In this document: one piece after another, positions 1-10,400 of the stretch | Numbering within the stretch: position 1 is the first letter of the stretch | How the letters are laid out: each line of letters begins with the position of its first letter | From: a phage | Direction: 5' to 3' (one strand) | NCBI GenBank assembly: GCA_012551655.1 | Contig: GCA_012551655.1_3034.1 | Length of the DNA stretch: 33,627 nucleotides | Notes under the pieces: generated by a model | Told to the model about the DNA's origin: nothing | What the model saw: the letters and a program-made list of their open reading frames with translations, nothing else | Database searches by the model: none | Program-made: the position numbers and the translations under genes

Positions 1-152
1 TGATAAGCGGCATCAGACACCCGCATGCACCAATTATACTTAATAACATCATACTTTCCATTCATATGCTGTTTTATCATTAAATATAATTTATAAACTG
101 ATTTACCATCAATGTATCTTTCACCACCAGCAGGCATGCGGAGTTTAATCAT
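1..152 (-). CDS. 59: gp59 helicase-loading protein, N-terminal 50 codons only (gene runs off the window start)
   Basis: Reverse-strand translation from ATG at 152-150 gives MIKLRMPAGGERYIDGKSVYKLYLMIKQHMNGKYDVIKYNWCMRVSDAAY, which I recognise as the T4 gp59 N-terminus; start overlaps the gp33 stop (ATGA). Confidence 0.75.
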   Translation of the reverse strand, partial: MIKLRMPAGGERYIDGKSVYKLYLMIKQHMNGKYDVIKYNWCMRVSDAAY

Positions 153-487
153 AGCAGAAAATCTAATGTATTAGTTTTTTCACAACGAACAACAGAAGGA
201 CGTAAAAGATTTTCGTCAATAGCTTCTGACTGAATTTTTTCAATTATACCCGAAGGAATAAATTTAGCAAATTGAGTTTCAGGAATAGAATTTTCTTCTA
301 AGAATGCTGTTGTAGCTTCAAGATAACTCATTCCAAACTCTTCTACCATTTTTTCAATAATAAATCCGTTTTCTTGACGATCAAGAAGCTTTGCTATTTC
401 ATCCTTTTCTTTCTTGATTGAAAGTTCTTTTTCTGAAAGACCGGTCTCATCGACCGGACGAATATCATTTAGAGAAAACTGTGTCAT
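149..487 (-). CDS. 33: gp33 late-transcription accessory protein (112 aa)
   Basis: Track ORF 149..496 trimmed to ATG at 487-485 (MTQFSLNDIRP...); size and sequence match recalled T4 gp33; synteny 59-33-dsbA-rnh. Confidence 0.85.
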   Translation of the reverse strand: MTQFSLNDIRPVDETGLSEKELSIKKEKDEIAKLLDRQENGFIIEKMVEEFGMSYLEATTAFLEENSIPETQFAKFIPSGIIEKIQSEAIDENLLRPSVVRCEKTNTLDFLL

Positions 488-734
488 AAAGTTCAACTAC
501 CTCTTCGGTTTCAGCTTCAAACACATCACGGTTATCTTTATGATACAAAGCTAATAGACGATTAAACATCTTACCATCAACGCCAAGTTCATCTTTGGCA
601 CGAATTCGAATATCTTTAATCAGTTCATTATAACCGGAAATTTTCAGTTTATGATCAGATGCTTCTTTAATAAATTTAGCCAAGTCTTCGCCATGGATAG
701 CTTCATCAAATTCAACCATTTCTTTTTTAGCCAT
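465..734 (-). CDS. dsbA: DsbA double-stranded DNA-binding protein (89 aa)
   Basis: 89-aa ORF between rnh and 33, ATG at 734-732; size and position match T4 dsbA; overlaps 33 start by 23 nt. Confidence 0.75.
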   Translation of the reverse strand: MAKKEMVEFDEAIHGEDLAKFIKEASDHKLKISGYNELIKDIRIRAKDELGVDGKMFNRLLALYHKDNRDVFEAETEEVVELYDTVFSK

Positions 735-742
735 TATTCACC

Positions 743-1660
743 TCAAAATTCATTAATGCTATTAGTTAATTTAGAAAGACCCGCTTTTACAAAATATGAA
801 TAAATTTTGCCACGCGGTGGTAATTTATATGAATTATAGTAATTCACAATGTTTGAAGCAATATTATCAGGAATATAATCAAAATCAATTAGAACTAAAT
901 TTTCTTTATAACGATTATATTCAGATTCTGTGAGAAGCACCTTAGCTTGCTCACGGTCATTAGCAATAGCTTCAACGATTGAAGTTTTCATTGAAGGAGT
1001 TCGTTCACCTTCAACTCTAGTAAACCAAAAGTCAGATCGTACTTTAACTGAAGCAACGTTATCCTTTTTGTCGCCTTTAAGGATTTTAGTCATACAATCA
1101 ATTTCAGCAGAACCACTTTTAATTTTAACCCATTTCTTATGCATCGGTGACCATTGCTTAACATTTGGATATTTGTGAAGCTGAGTGAAGTCACCATCCG
1201 ATGAAATGATCAAAATCTTATGTCCTTCTAAAGAGAACTTTTTAACAAGAACAGCAATGTGGTCATCTGCTTCATACTTATCAATATCCATAACAATGTA
1301 TGGCATATAAGCTTTCAATTCATCTATAACTTTATGACTGGATTCAAAATAACCTTCCCAGTCCCAAGTAGATTCTTCTCGTGCTTTTCCACGGTTTTTC
1401 TTGTAATAATACGCGAAATCACGACGCCAGTATCCAGATTTCGCGTTATCAATACACAGTACAATTTTAGTGTATCCAAGCGTTTTTGCTTTTTTGACAT
1501 TAAACTTAATTGAGTTCAATATCAAATGACGAACCATTGATAAATTAATTTTTTCTTTATCTGGGAAGTTTACCAGAGCAGTTGAAAGCGCAATTTGACT
1601 AAAGTCAATAAAGCAAATTCCTTCTTTGTAATCTTCATCCAGCATCATTTCTAAATCCAT
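743..1660 (-). CDS. rnh: RNase H / 5'-3' exonuclease (305 aa)
   Basis: Track ORF 743..1675 begins with TTG; ATG at 1660-1658 gives MDLEMMLDEDYKEGICFIDFSQ..., the recalled T4 RNase H N-terminus and size. Confidence 0.9.
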   Translation of the reverse strand: MDLEMMLDEDYKEGICFIDFSQIALSTALVNFPDKEKINLSMVRHLILNSIKFNVKKAKTLGYTKIVLCIDNAKSGYWRRDFAYYYKKNRGKAREESTWDWEGYFESSHKVIDELKAYMPYIVMDIDKYEADDHIAVLVKKFSLEGHKILIISSDGDFTQLHKYPNVKQWSPMHKKWVKIKSGSAEIDCMTKILKGDKKDNVASVKVRSDFWFTRVEGERTPSMKTSIVEAIANDREQAKVLLTESEYNRYKENLVLIDFDYIPDNIASNIVNYYNSYKLPPRGKIYSYFVKAGLSKLTNSINEF

Positions 1661-1689
1661 ATGAACCTCGTTCAATTAGTGAGATTTCT

Positions 1690-1719
1690 ATTATATACCA
1701 TCCAAATCTTAAAGTAAAC
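1690..1719 (-). promoter_or_regulatory. T4-type early (sigma70) promoter for rnh
   Basis: Minus strand reads GTTTAC (1719-1714), 18-bp spacer, TATAAT (1695-1690), about 30 nt upstream of the rnh ATG. Confidence 0.5.
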
Positions 1720-1722
1720 AAG

Positions 1723-1730
1723 TATAAATA
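1723..1730 (+). promoter_or_regulatory. Late promoter for gene 34
   Basis: TATAAATA about 35 nt upstream of the gene 34 ATG. Confidence 0.7.
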
Positions 1731-1764
1731 CTTATTATTGAAAACACAATAGGAGCCCGGGAGA

Positions 1765-4700
1765 ATGGCCGAGATTAAAAGAAAGTTCAGAGCAGAAGAT
1801 GGTCTGGACGCAGGTGGCGATAAAATAATCAACGTAGCTTTAGCTGATCGTGCCGTAGGAACTGACGGTGTTAACGTTGATTACTTAATTCAAGAAAACA
1901 CAGTTCAACAATACGATCCAACTCGTGGATATTTAAAAGATTTTGTAATCATTTATGATAACCGCTTTTGGGCTGCTATAAATGATATTCCAAAACCAGC
2001 AGGAGCTTTTAATAGCGTACGCTGGAGAGCGTTACGTACTGATGCAAACTGGACAACTGTTTCATCAGGACCTTATCAATTAAAATCGGGCGAATCAATT
2101 TCAGTTGATACTGCAGCTGGTAATGACATTACATTTACTTTACCATCTTCTCCAATTGATGGTGATACCATCGTTCTCCAAGATATTGGAGGAAAACCTG
2201 GAGTTAATCAAGTTTTAATTACAGCTCCGGTACAAAGCATTGTAAATTTTAGAGGTCAGCAAGTACGTTCAGTACTAATGACTCATCCAAAATCACAGAT
2301 AGTTTTAATTTTTAGTAATCGTCTGTGGCAAATGTATGTTGCTGATTATAGTAGAGAAGCTGTAGTTGTAACTCCTGCGAGTCTCTATCAGGCACAATCA
2401 AACGATTTTATCGTACGTAGATTTACTTCTGCTTCAGCAATTAATATTAAACTTCCAAGATTTGCCAATCATGGCGATATTATTAATTTCGTTGATTTGG
2501 ATAAATTAAATCCTCTTTATCACACAATTGTTACTACATATGATGAAACAACTTCAGTACAAGAAGTTGGAACTCATTCCATTGAAGGTCGTACATCGAT
2601 TGACGGTTTCTTGATGTTTGATGATAATGAGAAATTGTGGAGATTGTTTGACGGGGATAGTAAAGCACGTTTACGCATTATAACAACTAATTCTAATATT
2701 CGTCCAAACGAAGAAGTCATGGTATTTGGCGCGAATAATGGAACAACCCAAACAATTGAACTTCAGCTTCCGACTGATATTTCTGTTGGTGATACTGTCA
2801 AAATTTCCATGAATTACATGAGAAAAGGACAAACAGTTAAAATCAAAGCTGCCGGTGAAGATAAAATTGCTTCTTCAGTTCAATTGCTGCAATTTCCAAA
2901 ACGTTCAGAATACCCACCTGAAACTAAATGGGTGACTGTTCAAGAATTAGTTTTTAATGGTGAAACCAATTATGTTCCAGTTTTACAGCTTGCTTATATC
3001 GAAGATTCCGATGGAAAATATTGGGTTGTACAGCAAAACGTTCCAACTGTAGAAAGAGTAGATTCTTTAAATGATTCTACTAGAGCAAGATTAGGCGTAA
3101 TTGCTTTAGCTACACAAGCTCAAGCTAACGTCGATTTAGAAAATTCTCCACAAAAAGAATTAGCAATTACTCCAGAAACATTAGCTAACCGTACTGCTAC
3201 AGAAACTCGTAGAGGTATCGCAAGAATAGCAACTACTGCTCAAGTTAACCAGGATACTACATTCTCTTTTGCTGATGATATTATCATCACTCCTAAAAAG
3301 CTGAATGAAAGAACTGCTACTGAAACTCGCAGAGGTGTTGCTGAAATTGCTACGCAGCAAGAAACTAATGCAGGAACCGATGACACTACAATCATCACTC
3401 CTAAAAAGCTTCAAGCTCGTCAAGGTTCTGAATCATTATCTGGTATTGTAACTTTTGTATCTACTGCAGGTGCTACTCCAGCTTCTAGCCGTGAATTAAA
3501 TGGTACAAATGTTTATAATAAAAACACTAATAACTTAGTTGTTTCACCTAAAGCCTTGGATCAGTATAAAGCTACTCCAACACAGCAAGGTGCAGTAATT
3601 TTAGCAGTTGAAAGTGAAGTAATTGCTGGACAGAGTCAAGAAGGATGGGCAAATGCAGTTGTAACTCCAGAAACGTTACATAAAAAGACATCAACTGATG
3701 GAAGAATTGGTTTAATTGAAATTGCTACGCAAAGTGAAGTTAATACAGGAACTGATTATACTCGTGCAGTCACTCCTAAAACTTTAAATGACCGTAGAGC
3801 AACTGAAAGTTTAAGTGGTATAGCTGAAATTGCTACACAAGTTGAATTCGACGCAGGCGTCGACGATACTCGTATCTCTACACCATTAAAAATTAAAACC
3901 AGATTTAATAGTACTGATCGTACTTCTGTTGTTGCTCTATCTGGATTAGTTGAATCAGGAACTCTCTGGGACCATTATACCCTTAATATTCTTGAAGCAA
4001 ATGAGACACAACGTGGTACACTTCGTGTAGCTACACAGGTCGAAGCTGCTGCAGGAACATTAGATAATGTTTTAATAACTCCTAAAAAGCTTTTAGGTAC
4101 TAAATCTACTGAAGCGCAAGAAGGTGTTATTAAAGTTGCAACTCAGTCTGAAACTGTGACTGGAACGTCAACAAATACTGCTGTATCTCCAAAAAATTTA
4201 AAATGGATTGTGCAGAGTGAACCTACTTGGGCAGCAACTACTCTGATAAGAGGTTTTGTTAAAACTTCATCTGGTTCAATTACGTTCGTTGGTAATGATA
4301 CAGTAGGTTCAACACAGCCATTAGAATCATATGAGAAAAATGGTTATGCAGTATCACCATATGAATTAAACCGTGTATTAGCAAATTATTTGCCGTTAAA
4401 AGCAAAAGCTGCTGATACAAATTTATTGGATGGTCTAGATTCATCTCAGTTCATTCGTAGGGATATTGCGCAGACAGTTAATGGTTCACTAACCTTAACC
4501 CAACAAACGAATCTGAGTGCCCCTCTTGTATCATCTAGTACTGCTACGTTCGGTGGATCAGTTTCAGCAAATAGTACATTAACTATTTCTAATACTGGAA
4601 CAGCAACTCGATTGATTTTTGAGAAAGGACCTCAAACTGGAACAAACCCAGCCCAAACGATGACTGTTAGAGTGTGGGGTAATCAATTTAGTGGGGAATC

Positions 4701-5634
4701 AGACACAACACGTTCTACTGTATTTGAAGTTGGTGATGAAACGTCTAATCATTTTTATTCTCAGCGCAATAAAGCTGGAAATATAACATTTAATATCAAC
4801 GGTACGGTAACACCTATAAATGTTAATGCTTCAGGAACATTGAATGCAAATGGCGTAGCAACATTTGGTAATTCAGTCACTGCAACTGGTGAAATTATTT
4901 CTCGAAGCGCAAATGCTTTCCGTGCTATTAGCGGAAATTATGGTTTCATTGTTCGCAATGATGGATCAGTAACGAATTTTATGCTTACTGCATCGGGTGA
5001 TCAGACTGGCGGATTTAATGGATTGCGTCCTTTAGCTATCAATAATGCATCTGGTCAAGTAACGATTGGCGAAAGCTTAATTATTGCCAAAGGTGCTACT
5101 ATAAATTCAGGCGGTTTGACTGTTAACTCGAGAATTCGTTCTCAGGGCACTAAAACATCTGATTTATACACCCGCGCGCCAACATCTGATACAGTAGGAT
5201 TCTGGTCAATTGATATTAACGATTCAGCCACTTATAATCAATTCCCTGGTTATTTTAAAATGGTTGAAAAAACTAATGAAGTGACTGGACTTCCATACTT
5301 AGAACGTGGTGAAGAGGTTAAATCTCCTGGTACATTGACTCAGTTTGGTAACACACTTGATTCGCTTTACCAAGATTGGATTACTTATCCAACAACACCA
5401 GAAGCGCGTACCACTCGTTGGACACGCACATGGCAGAAAACCAAAAACTCTTGGTCAAGTTTTGTTCAGGTATTTGACGGAGGTAACCCTCCTCAACCGT
5501 CTGATATTGGTGCTTTACCATCTGATAATGCTATAATGGGTAATCTTACTATTCGTGATTTCTTACGAATTGGTAATGTTCGCATTATTCCTGACCCAGT
5601 GAATAAAACTGTTAAATTTGAATGGGTTGAATAA
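1765..5634 (+). CDS. 34: Long tail fiber proximal subunit gp34 (1289 aa)
   Basis: 1289-aa ORF, same length as T4 gp34; late promoter upstream; followed by 35-36-37-38; internal ~38-aa repeats (ITPKKLNERTATETRRG...IATQ). Confidence 0.95.
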   Translation: MAEIKRKFRAEDGLDAGGDKIINVALADRAVGTDGVNVDYLIQENTVQQYDPTRGYLKDFVIIYDNRFWAAINDIPKPAGAFNSVRWRALRTDANWTTVSSGPYQLKSGESISVDTAAGNDITFTLPSSPIDGDTIVLQDIGGKPGVNQVLITAPVQSIVNFRGQQVRSVLMTHPKSQIVLIFSNRLWQMYVADYSREAVVVTPASLYQAQSNDFIVRRFTSASAINIKLPRFANHGDIINFVDLDKLNPLYHTIVTTYDETTSVQEVGTHSIEGRTSIDGFLMFDDNEKLWRLFDGDSKARLRIITTNSNIRPNEEVMVFGANNGTTQTIELQLPTDISVGDTVKISMNYMRKGQTVKIKAAGEDKIASSVQLLQFPKRSEYPPETKWVTVQELVFNGETNYVPVLQLAYIEDSDGKYWVVQQNVPTVERVDSLNDSTRARLGVIALATQAQANVDLENSPQKELAITPETLANRTATETRRGIARIATTAQVNQDTTFSFADDIIITPKKLNERTATETRRGVAEIATQQETNAGTDDTTIITPKKLQARQGSESLSGIVTFVSTAGATPASSRELNGTNVYNKNTNNLVVSPKALDQYKATPTQQGAVILAVESEVIAGQSQEGWANAVVTPETLHKKTSTDGRIGLIEIATQSEVNTGTDYTRAVTPKTLNDRRATESLSGIAEIATQVEFDAGVDDTRISTPLKIKTRFNSTDRTSVVALSGLVESGTLWDHYTLNILEANETQRGTLRVATQVEAAAGTLDNVLITPKKLLGTKSTEAQEGVIKVATQSETVTGTSTNTAVSPKNLKWIVQSEPTWAATTLIRGFVKTSSGSITFVGNDTVGSTQPLESYEKNGYAVSPYELNRVLANYLPLKAKAADTNLLDGLDSSQFIRRDIAQTVNGSLTLTQQTNLSAPLVSSSTATFGGSVSANSTLTISNTGTATRLIFEKGPQTGTNPAQTMTVRVWGNQFSGESDTTRSTVFEVGDETSNHFYSQRNKAGNITFNINGTVTPINVNASGTLNANGVATFGNSVTATGEIISRSANAFRAISGNYGFIVRNDGSVTNFMLTASGDQTGGFNGLRPLAINNASGQVTIGESLIIAKGATINSGGLTVNSRIRSQGTKTSDLYTRAPTSDTVGFWSIDINDSATYNQFPGYFKMVEKTNEVTGLPYLERGEEVKSPGTLTQFGNTLDSLYQDWITYPTTPEARTTRWTRTWQKTKNSWSSFVQVFDGGNPPQPSDIGALPSDNAIMGNLTIRDFLRIGNVRIIPDPVNKTVKFEWVE
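3150..4210 (+). repeat. Intragenic array of about 9 degenerate ~110-nt repeats inside gene 34
   Basis: Recurring nucleotide blocks (atcactcctaaaaagct..., actgaaactcg(c/t)agaggt...) encoding repeats of (I/V)TP(K/E)xLxxRxATE(T/S)xxG(I/V)AxIAT(Q/T). Confidence 0.7.
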
Positions 5635-5642
5635 GAGGTATT

Positions 5643-6761
5643 ATGGAAAAATTTATGGCAGAGTTTGGACAAGGATATGTCCAAACGCCATTTTTATCGG
5701 AAAGCAATTCAGTAAGATATAAAATAAGTATAGCGGGTTCTTGCTCGCTTTCTACTGCAGAAGGACCATACGTTAAATTTCAGGATAATCCTGTTGGAAG
5801 TCAAACATTTAGCGCAGGACTTCATTTAAGAGTTTTTGACCCTTCTACAGGAGCATTAGTTGATAGTAAGTCATATGCTTTTTCGACTTCAAATGATACT
5901 ACATCAGCTGCTTTTGTTAGTTTCATGAATTCTTTTTCAAACAACAGACTTGTTGCTATATTAACCAGTGGAAAGGTTAATTTTCCTCCTGAGGTAGTAT
6001 CTTGGCTAAGAGCCGCGGGAACGTCTGCTTTTCCATCTGATTCTATATTGTCAAGATTTGACGTATCATATGCTGCCTTTTATACTTCTTCTAAAAGAGC
6101 TATTGCATTAGAACATGTTAAACTAAGTAATAGAAAAAGCACAGATGACTATCAAACTATTTTAGATGTTGTATTTGATAGTTTAGAAGACGTTGGAGCT
6201 ACAGGATTTCCTAAAAGAACATACGAAAGCGTTGAGCAATTTATGTCAGCGGTTGGTGGAACTAATAACGAAATTGCACGTTTACCAACTTCATCCGCGA
6301 TAAGTAAACTCTCTGATTATAATTTAATTCCTGGCGATGTTCTTTATCTTAAAGCACAGCTATATGCTGATGCCGATTTACTTGCGCTTGGAACTACAAA
6401 TATATCTATCCGTTTTTATGATGAATCGAATGGATATATTTCTTCAACACATGCTGAGTTTACTGGACAAGCTGGGTCATGGGAATTAAAGGAAGATTAT
6501 GTAGTTATTCCAGAAAATGCAGTAGGATTTACGATATATGCACAAAGAACTGCCCAAGCAGGTCAAGGAGGCATGAGAAATTTAAGCTTTTCTGAAGTAT
6601 CAAGAAATGGCGGCATTTCAAAACCTGCTGAATTTGGCGTCAACGGTATTCGCGTTAATTATGTCTGTGAATCCGCTTCGCCTCCAGATATAATGGTACT
6701 TCCTACACAAGCATCGTCTAAAACTGGTAAAGTGTTTGGGCAAGAATTTAGAGAAGTTTAA
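5643..6761 (+). CDS. 35: Long tail fiber hinge connector gp35 (372 aa)
   Basis: 372-aa ORF as in T4 gp35; SD agagg before ATG; position between 34 and 36. Confidence 0.9.
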   Translation: MEKFMAEFGQGYVQTPFLSESNSVRYKISIAGSCSLSTAEGPYVKFQDNPVGSQTFSAGLHLRVFDPSTGALVDSKSYAFSTSNDTTSAAFVSFMNSFSNNRLVAILTSGKVNFPPEVVSWLRAAGTSAFPSDSILSRFDVSYAAFYTSSKRAIALEHVKLSNRKSTDDYQTILDVVFDSLEDVGATGFPKRTYESVEQFMSAVGGTNNEIARLPTSSAISKLSDYNLIPGDVLYLKAQLYADADLLALGTTNISIRFYDESNGYISSTHAEFTGQAGSWELKEDYVVIPENAVGFTIYAQRTAQAGQGGMRNLSFSEVSRNGGISKPAEFGVNGIRVNYVCESASPPDIMVLPTQASSKTGKVFGQEFREV

Positions 6762-6766
6762 ATTGA

Positions 6767-6793
6767 GGGAGCCTTCGGGTTCCCTTTTTCTTT
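6767..6793 (+). terminator. Rho-independent terminator after gene 35
   Basis: GGGAGCC-TTCG-GGTTCCC stem-loop followed by TTTTTCTTT. Confidence 0.6.
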
Positions 6794-6800
6794 ATAAATA
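6793..6800 (+). promoter_or_regulatory. Late promoter for gene 36
   Basis: TATAAATA 24 nt upstream of the gene 36 ATG, directly after the terminator. Confidence 0.7.
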
Positions 6801-6823
6801 CTATTAAAATAAAGGGGCATACA

Positions 6824-7480
6824 ATGGCTGATTTAAAAGTAGGTTCAACAACCGGAGGCTCTGTCATTTGGCATCAAGGAAATTTTCCATTGAATCCAGC
6901 CGGTGACGATGTACTCTATAAATCATTTAAAATATATTCAGAATATAATAAACCACAAGCTGCTGATAACGATTTCGTTTCTAAAGCTAATGGCGGTACT
7001 TATTTAAATAAAGTAATTTTTAATAAAGGAATGACTGTTCCTGGCGCAGGGTCAGGTGATAATGGTATTTTTGCTGGTCCTGGTGATAGTGCCACGTATG
7101 ATACTACAAATATGGATATTGTTTCGTGGTATGGTATTGGTTTTAAATCATCACAAGGAACAGCAGGTAGAACTGTAGTAATTAACACACGAAATGGAGA
7201 TATTAGCTCAAAGGGCGTAATTGAAGCATCACAAATCCGTGTAACTTCGTTATCACCAGTAAATAATTATGACCTTACGCGGAAAGATTATGTTGATGGA
7301 GCAATAAATATTGTTACAGCAAACGCAAACTCTAGGGTATTACGCTCTGGAGACACTATGACAGGAAATTTAACTGCGCCAAACCTTTTTTCACAGAATC
7401 CTGCATCTCAACCCTCGCATGTTCCACGATTTGACCAAATTGTTATTAAGGATTCTGTTCAAGATTTCGGCTATTATTAA
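6824..7480 (+). CDS. 36: Long tail fiber distal connector gp36 (218 aa)
   Basis: N-terminus MADLKVGSTTGGSVIWHQGNFPLNPAG matches recalled T4 gp36; position between 35 and 37. Confidence 0.9.
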   Translation: MADLKVGSTTGGSVIWHQGNFPLNPAGDDVLYKSFKIYSEYNKPQAADNDFVSKANGGTYLNKVIFNKGMTVPGAGSGDNGIFAGPGDSATYDTTNMDIVSWYGIGFKSSQGTAGRTVVINTRNGDISSKGVIEASQIRVTSLSPVNNYDLTRKDYVDGAINIVTANANSRVLRSGDTMTGNLTAPNLFSQNPASQPSHVPRFDQIVIKDSVQDFGYY

Positions 7481-7488
7481 GAGGACTT

Positions 7489-10400
7489 ATGGCTACTTTA
7501 AAACAAATACAATTTAAAAGAAGCAAAACTGCAGGAGCACGTCCTGCCGCTTCAGTATTAGCCGAAGGTGAATTGGCTATAAACTTAAAAGACCGTGTAC
7601 TTTTTACTAAAGATGACCAAGGAAATATTATTGATCTGGGTTTTGCTAAAGGCGGTAGTATTGACGGGAATGTTATTCATACAGGCAATTATAACCAAAC
7701 TGGCGATTATACTTTAAATGGCGTCTTCACTCAGACTGGTAATTTTAATTTAACTGGTATTGCTCGAGTAACTCGCGATATTATTGCCGCTGGGCAGATT
7801 ATGACTGAAGGCGGAGAACTTATTACAAAAAGTTCAGGTACAGCGCATGTTCGTTTTTTCGATAACAATAGTCGCGAACGCGGAATCATTTATGCCCCGG
7901 CTAATGATGGTTTAACTACACAAGTACTTAATATCAGGGTTCAAGACTACGCCGCTGGTAGCGAAAGCACTTATGCATTTTCAGGCAGTGGACTATTTAC
8001 TTCACCTGAAGTATCAGCATGGAAATCTATTTCGTCTCCACAAATTCTGACCAACAAAGTCATTACTAATAATAAATCTACGGGTGATTATGACATTTAT
8101 TCGATGGCAGACAATGTTCCACTGTCTGAAAGCACTACTGCTATTAATCATCTACGTGTCATGCGCAATGCAGTCGGTTCTGGTATTTTCCATGAAGTTA
8201 AAGATAATGATGGAATAACTTGGTATAGTGGAGATGGATTAGATGCTTATCTTTGGTCATTTACCTGGAGCGGCGGAATTAAATCAAGTCACTCAATTTC
8301 TATCGGTTTAACACCCGGTAATAAAGATTATTCAATATTAGGACCATCTAGCATTGCTTTAGGAGATAATGATACTGGATTTAAATGGCATCAAGACGGA
8401 TATTATTTCAGCGTTAATAATGGCACAAAAACGTTTTTATTTAGCCCTAGCGAAACAACTAGCCTAAGAAAATTTGTAGCTGGATATTCTACTAATGGAA
8501 CCGATTTAACTACTCCTCCAACTGAAAACTATGCTCTTGCTACTGTTGTGACATATCACGATAATAACGCGTTTGGAGATGGTCAGACTCTTTTGGGATA
8601 TTATCAAGGTGGTAATTATCATCATTATTTCCGCGGCAAGGGTACTACAAACATTAATACTCATGGCGGTTTGTTGGTTACTCCTGGTAATATTGACGTT
8701 ATTGGCGGTTCTGTAAATATAGATGGCCGTAATAATGCTTCTATACTGATGTTTAGAGGTAACACAACTGGTAGTAGCTCAGTTGATAATATGACAATTT
8801 CCGCGTGGGGTAATACTTTTACTAATCCTAGTGAAGGTACCCGTAAAAATGTCATGGAAATTTCTGATGCAACTAGCTGGATGAGCTATATTCAAAGACT
8901 TACTACTGGTGAAGTAGAAATGAACGTTAACGGTTCATTTGAATCATCTGGTGTTACTGCTGGAAATAGAGGAGTTCACACAACAGGCGAAATTTCATCT
9001 GGTGCAGTGAATGCTCTTCGTATTTGGAACGCAGATTATGGAGCCATTTTTAGACGTTCAGAAGGAAGTCTTCATATTATTCCAACTGCTTACGGTGAAG
9101 GTAAACACGGCGATATTGGTCCACTTCGCCCATTTAGTATGGCTTTAGATACTGGTAAAGTTACTATTCCAGATTTACAATCAAGTTACAATACGTTCGC
9201 TGCTAACGGTTATATTAAATTTGTTGGTCATGGAGCGGGTGCCGGCGGTTATGACATTCAATATGCTCAAGCGGCTCCTATTTTCCAGGAAATTGATGAT
9301 GATGCTGTAAGCAAATATTATCCTATTGTTAAACAGAAGTTTTTAAATGGTAAAGCCGTTTGGTCTTTAGGTACTGAAATTAATTCGGGTACATTCGTTA
9401 TTCATCATCTGAAAGAAGATGGATCACAGGGCCATACATCAAGATTTAATGCTGATGGTACAGTTAATTTCCCTGATAATGTTCTGGTCGGTGGTGGTGA
9501 AGCTGCTATTGCTCGTAATGGTAATATTTTCTCGGATATTTGGAAAACGTTTACTTCTGCAGGCGACGTAACTAATATTCGCGATGCAATAGCTACTCGT
9601 GTTGCCAAAGAAGGTGATACGATGACCGGCACTCTTTGGATTAATAAAGATGCTGCTGGAATAGTTCTTAATCCTCCTTTGGCCAGTGATTCATCATTTA
9701 TTCGTTCCGATACGGCCGGGGTCAATAATTGGTATATTGGTAAAGGCGGTGCCGACAATGGTCTAGGTTTTTACAGTTATGTTACACAAGGCGGTGTATA
9801 TATAACAAATAACGGAGAAATATCACTTTCTCCTCAAGGCCAAGGAACATTTAATTTTAATAGAGACCGCCTCCATATAAACGGTACACAATGGACCGCA
9901 CACCAGGGAGGTGGTTGGGGAAATCAATGGAATCAAGAAGCACCGGTATTTGTAGATTTTGGTAATGTTGGTAATGATAGTTATTATCCTATTATTAAAG
10001 GAAAATCCGGTATTACTAATGAAGGATACATATCTGGTGTAGATTTTGGTATGCGACGCATTACTAATACATGGGCACAAGGTATTATTCGTGTAGGTAA
10101 TCAGGAAAACGGTTACGACCCACAAGCTGTATATGAATTCCATCATAACGGTACTTTTTATGCTCCAAGCTTACTTAAGAGCAGTAGAGTATCAGCTGGT
10201 GGTGGTGACCCTGCATGGGGCGGGCCGTGTATTGTACTTGGAGATAACGATACCGGTTTGCTTTGGGAAAACGATGGTATTTTCAACGCATATGCAAACG
10301 GCCAAGGTGTGTTTAGTTTTAGACCTGGTTTAGCTCAGACATTCGGTGATGTTAACTTCCACTGTAATGCAGGTATGTATGTTCGTGATAACATTGATGT

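Noticed and set aside
1635-1832. 65-aa minus-strand ORF across the rnh-34 intergenic region
   Set aside because: Overlaps both the rnh early promoter and the gene 34 late promoter and start; no start signal.
3181-3423. Antisense 80-aa ORF inside gene 34; similar antisense or alternate-frame ORFs inside 34, 36, 37 (5345..5536, 5493..5684, 7000..7188, 8661..8855, 9405..9758, 9823..10146, 10133..10333, 10346..10549, 10721..10924)
   Set aside because: Embedded in well-supported large structural genes; no SD or promoter; typical shadow ORFs.
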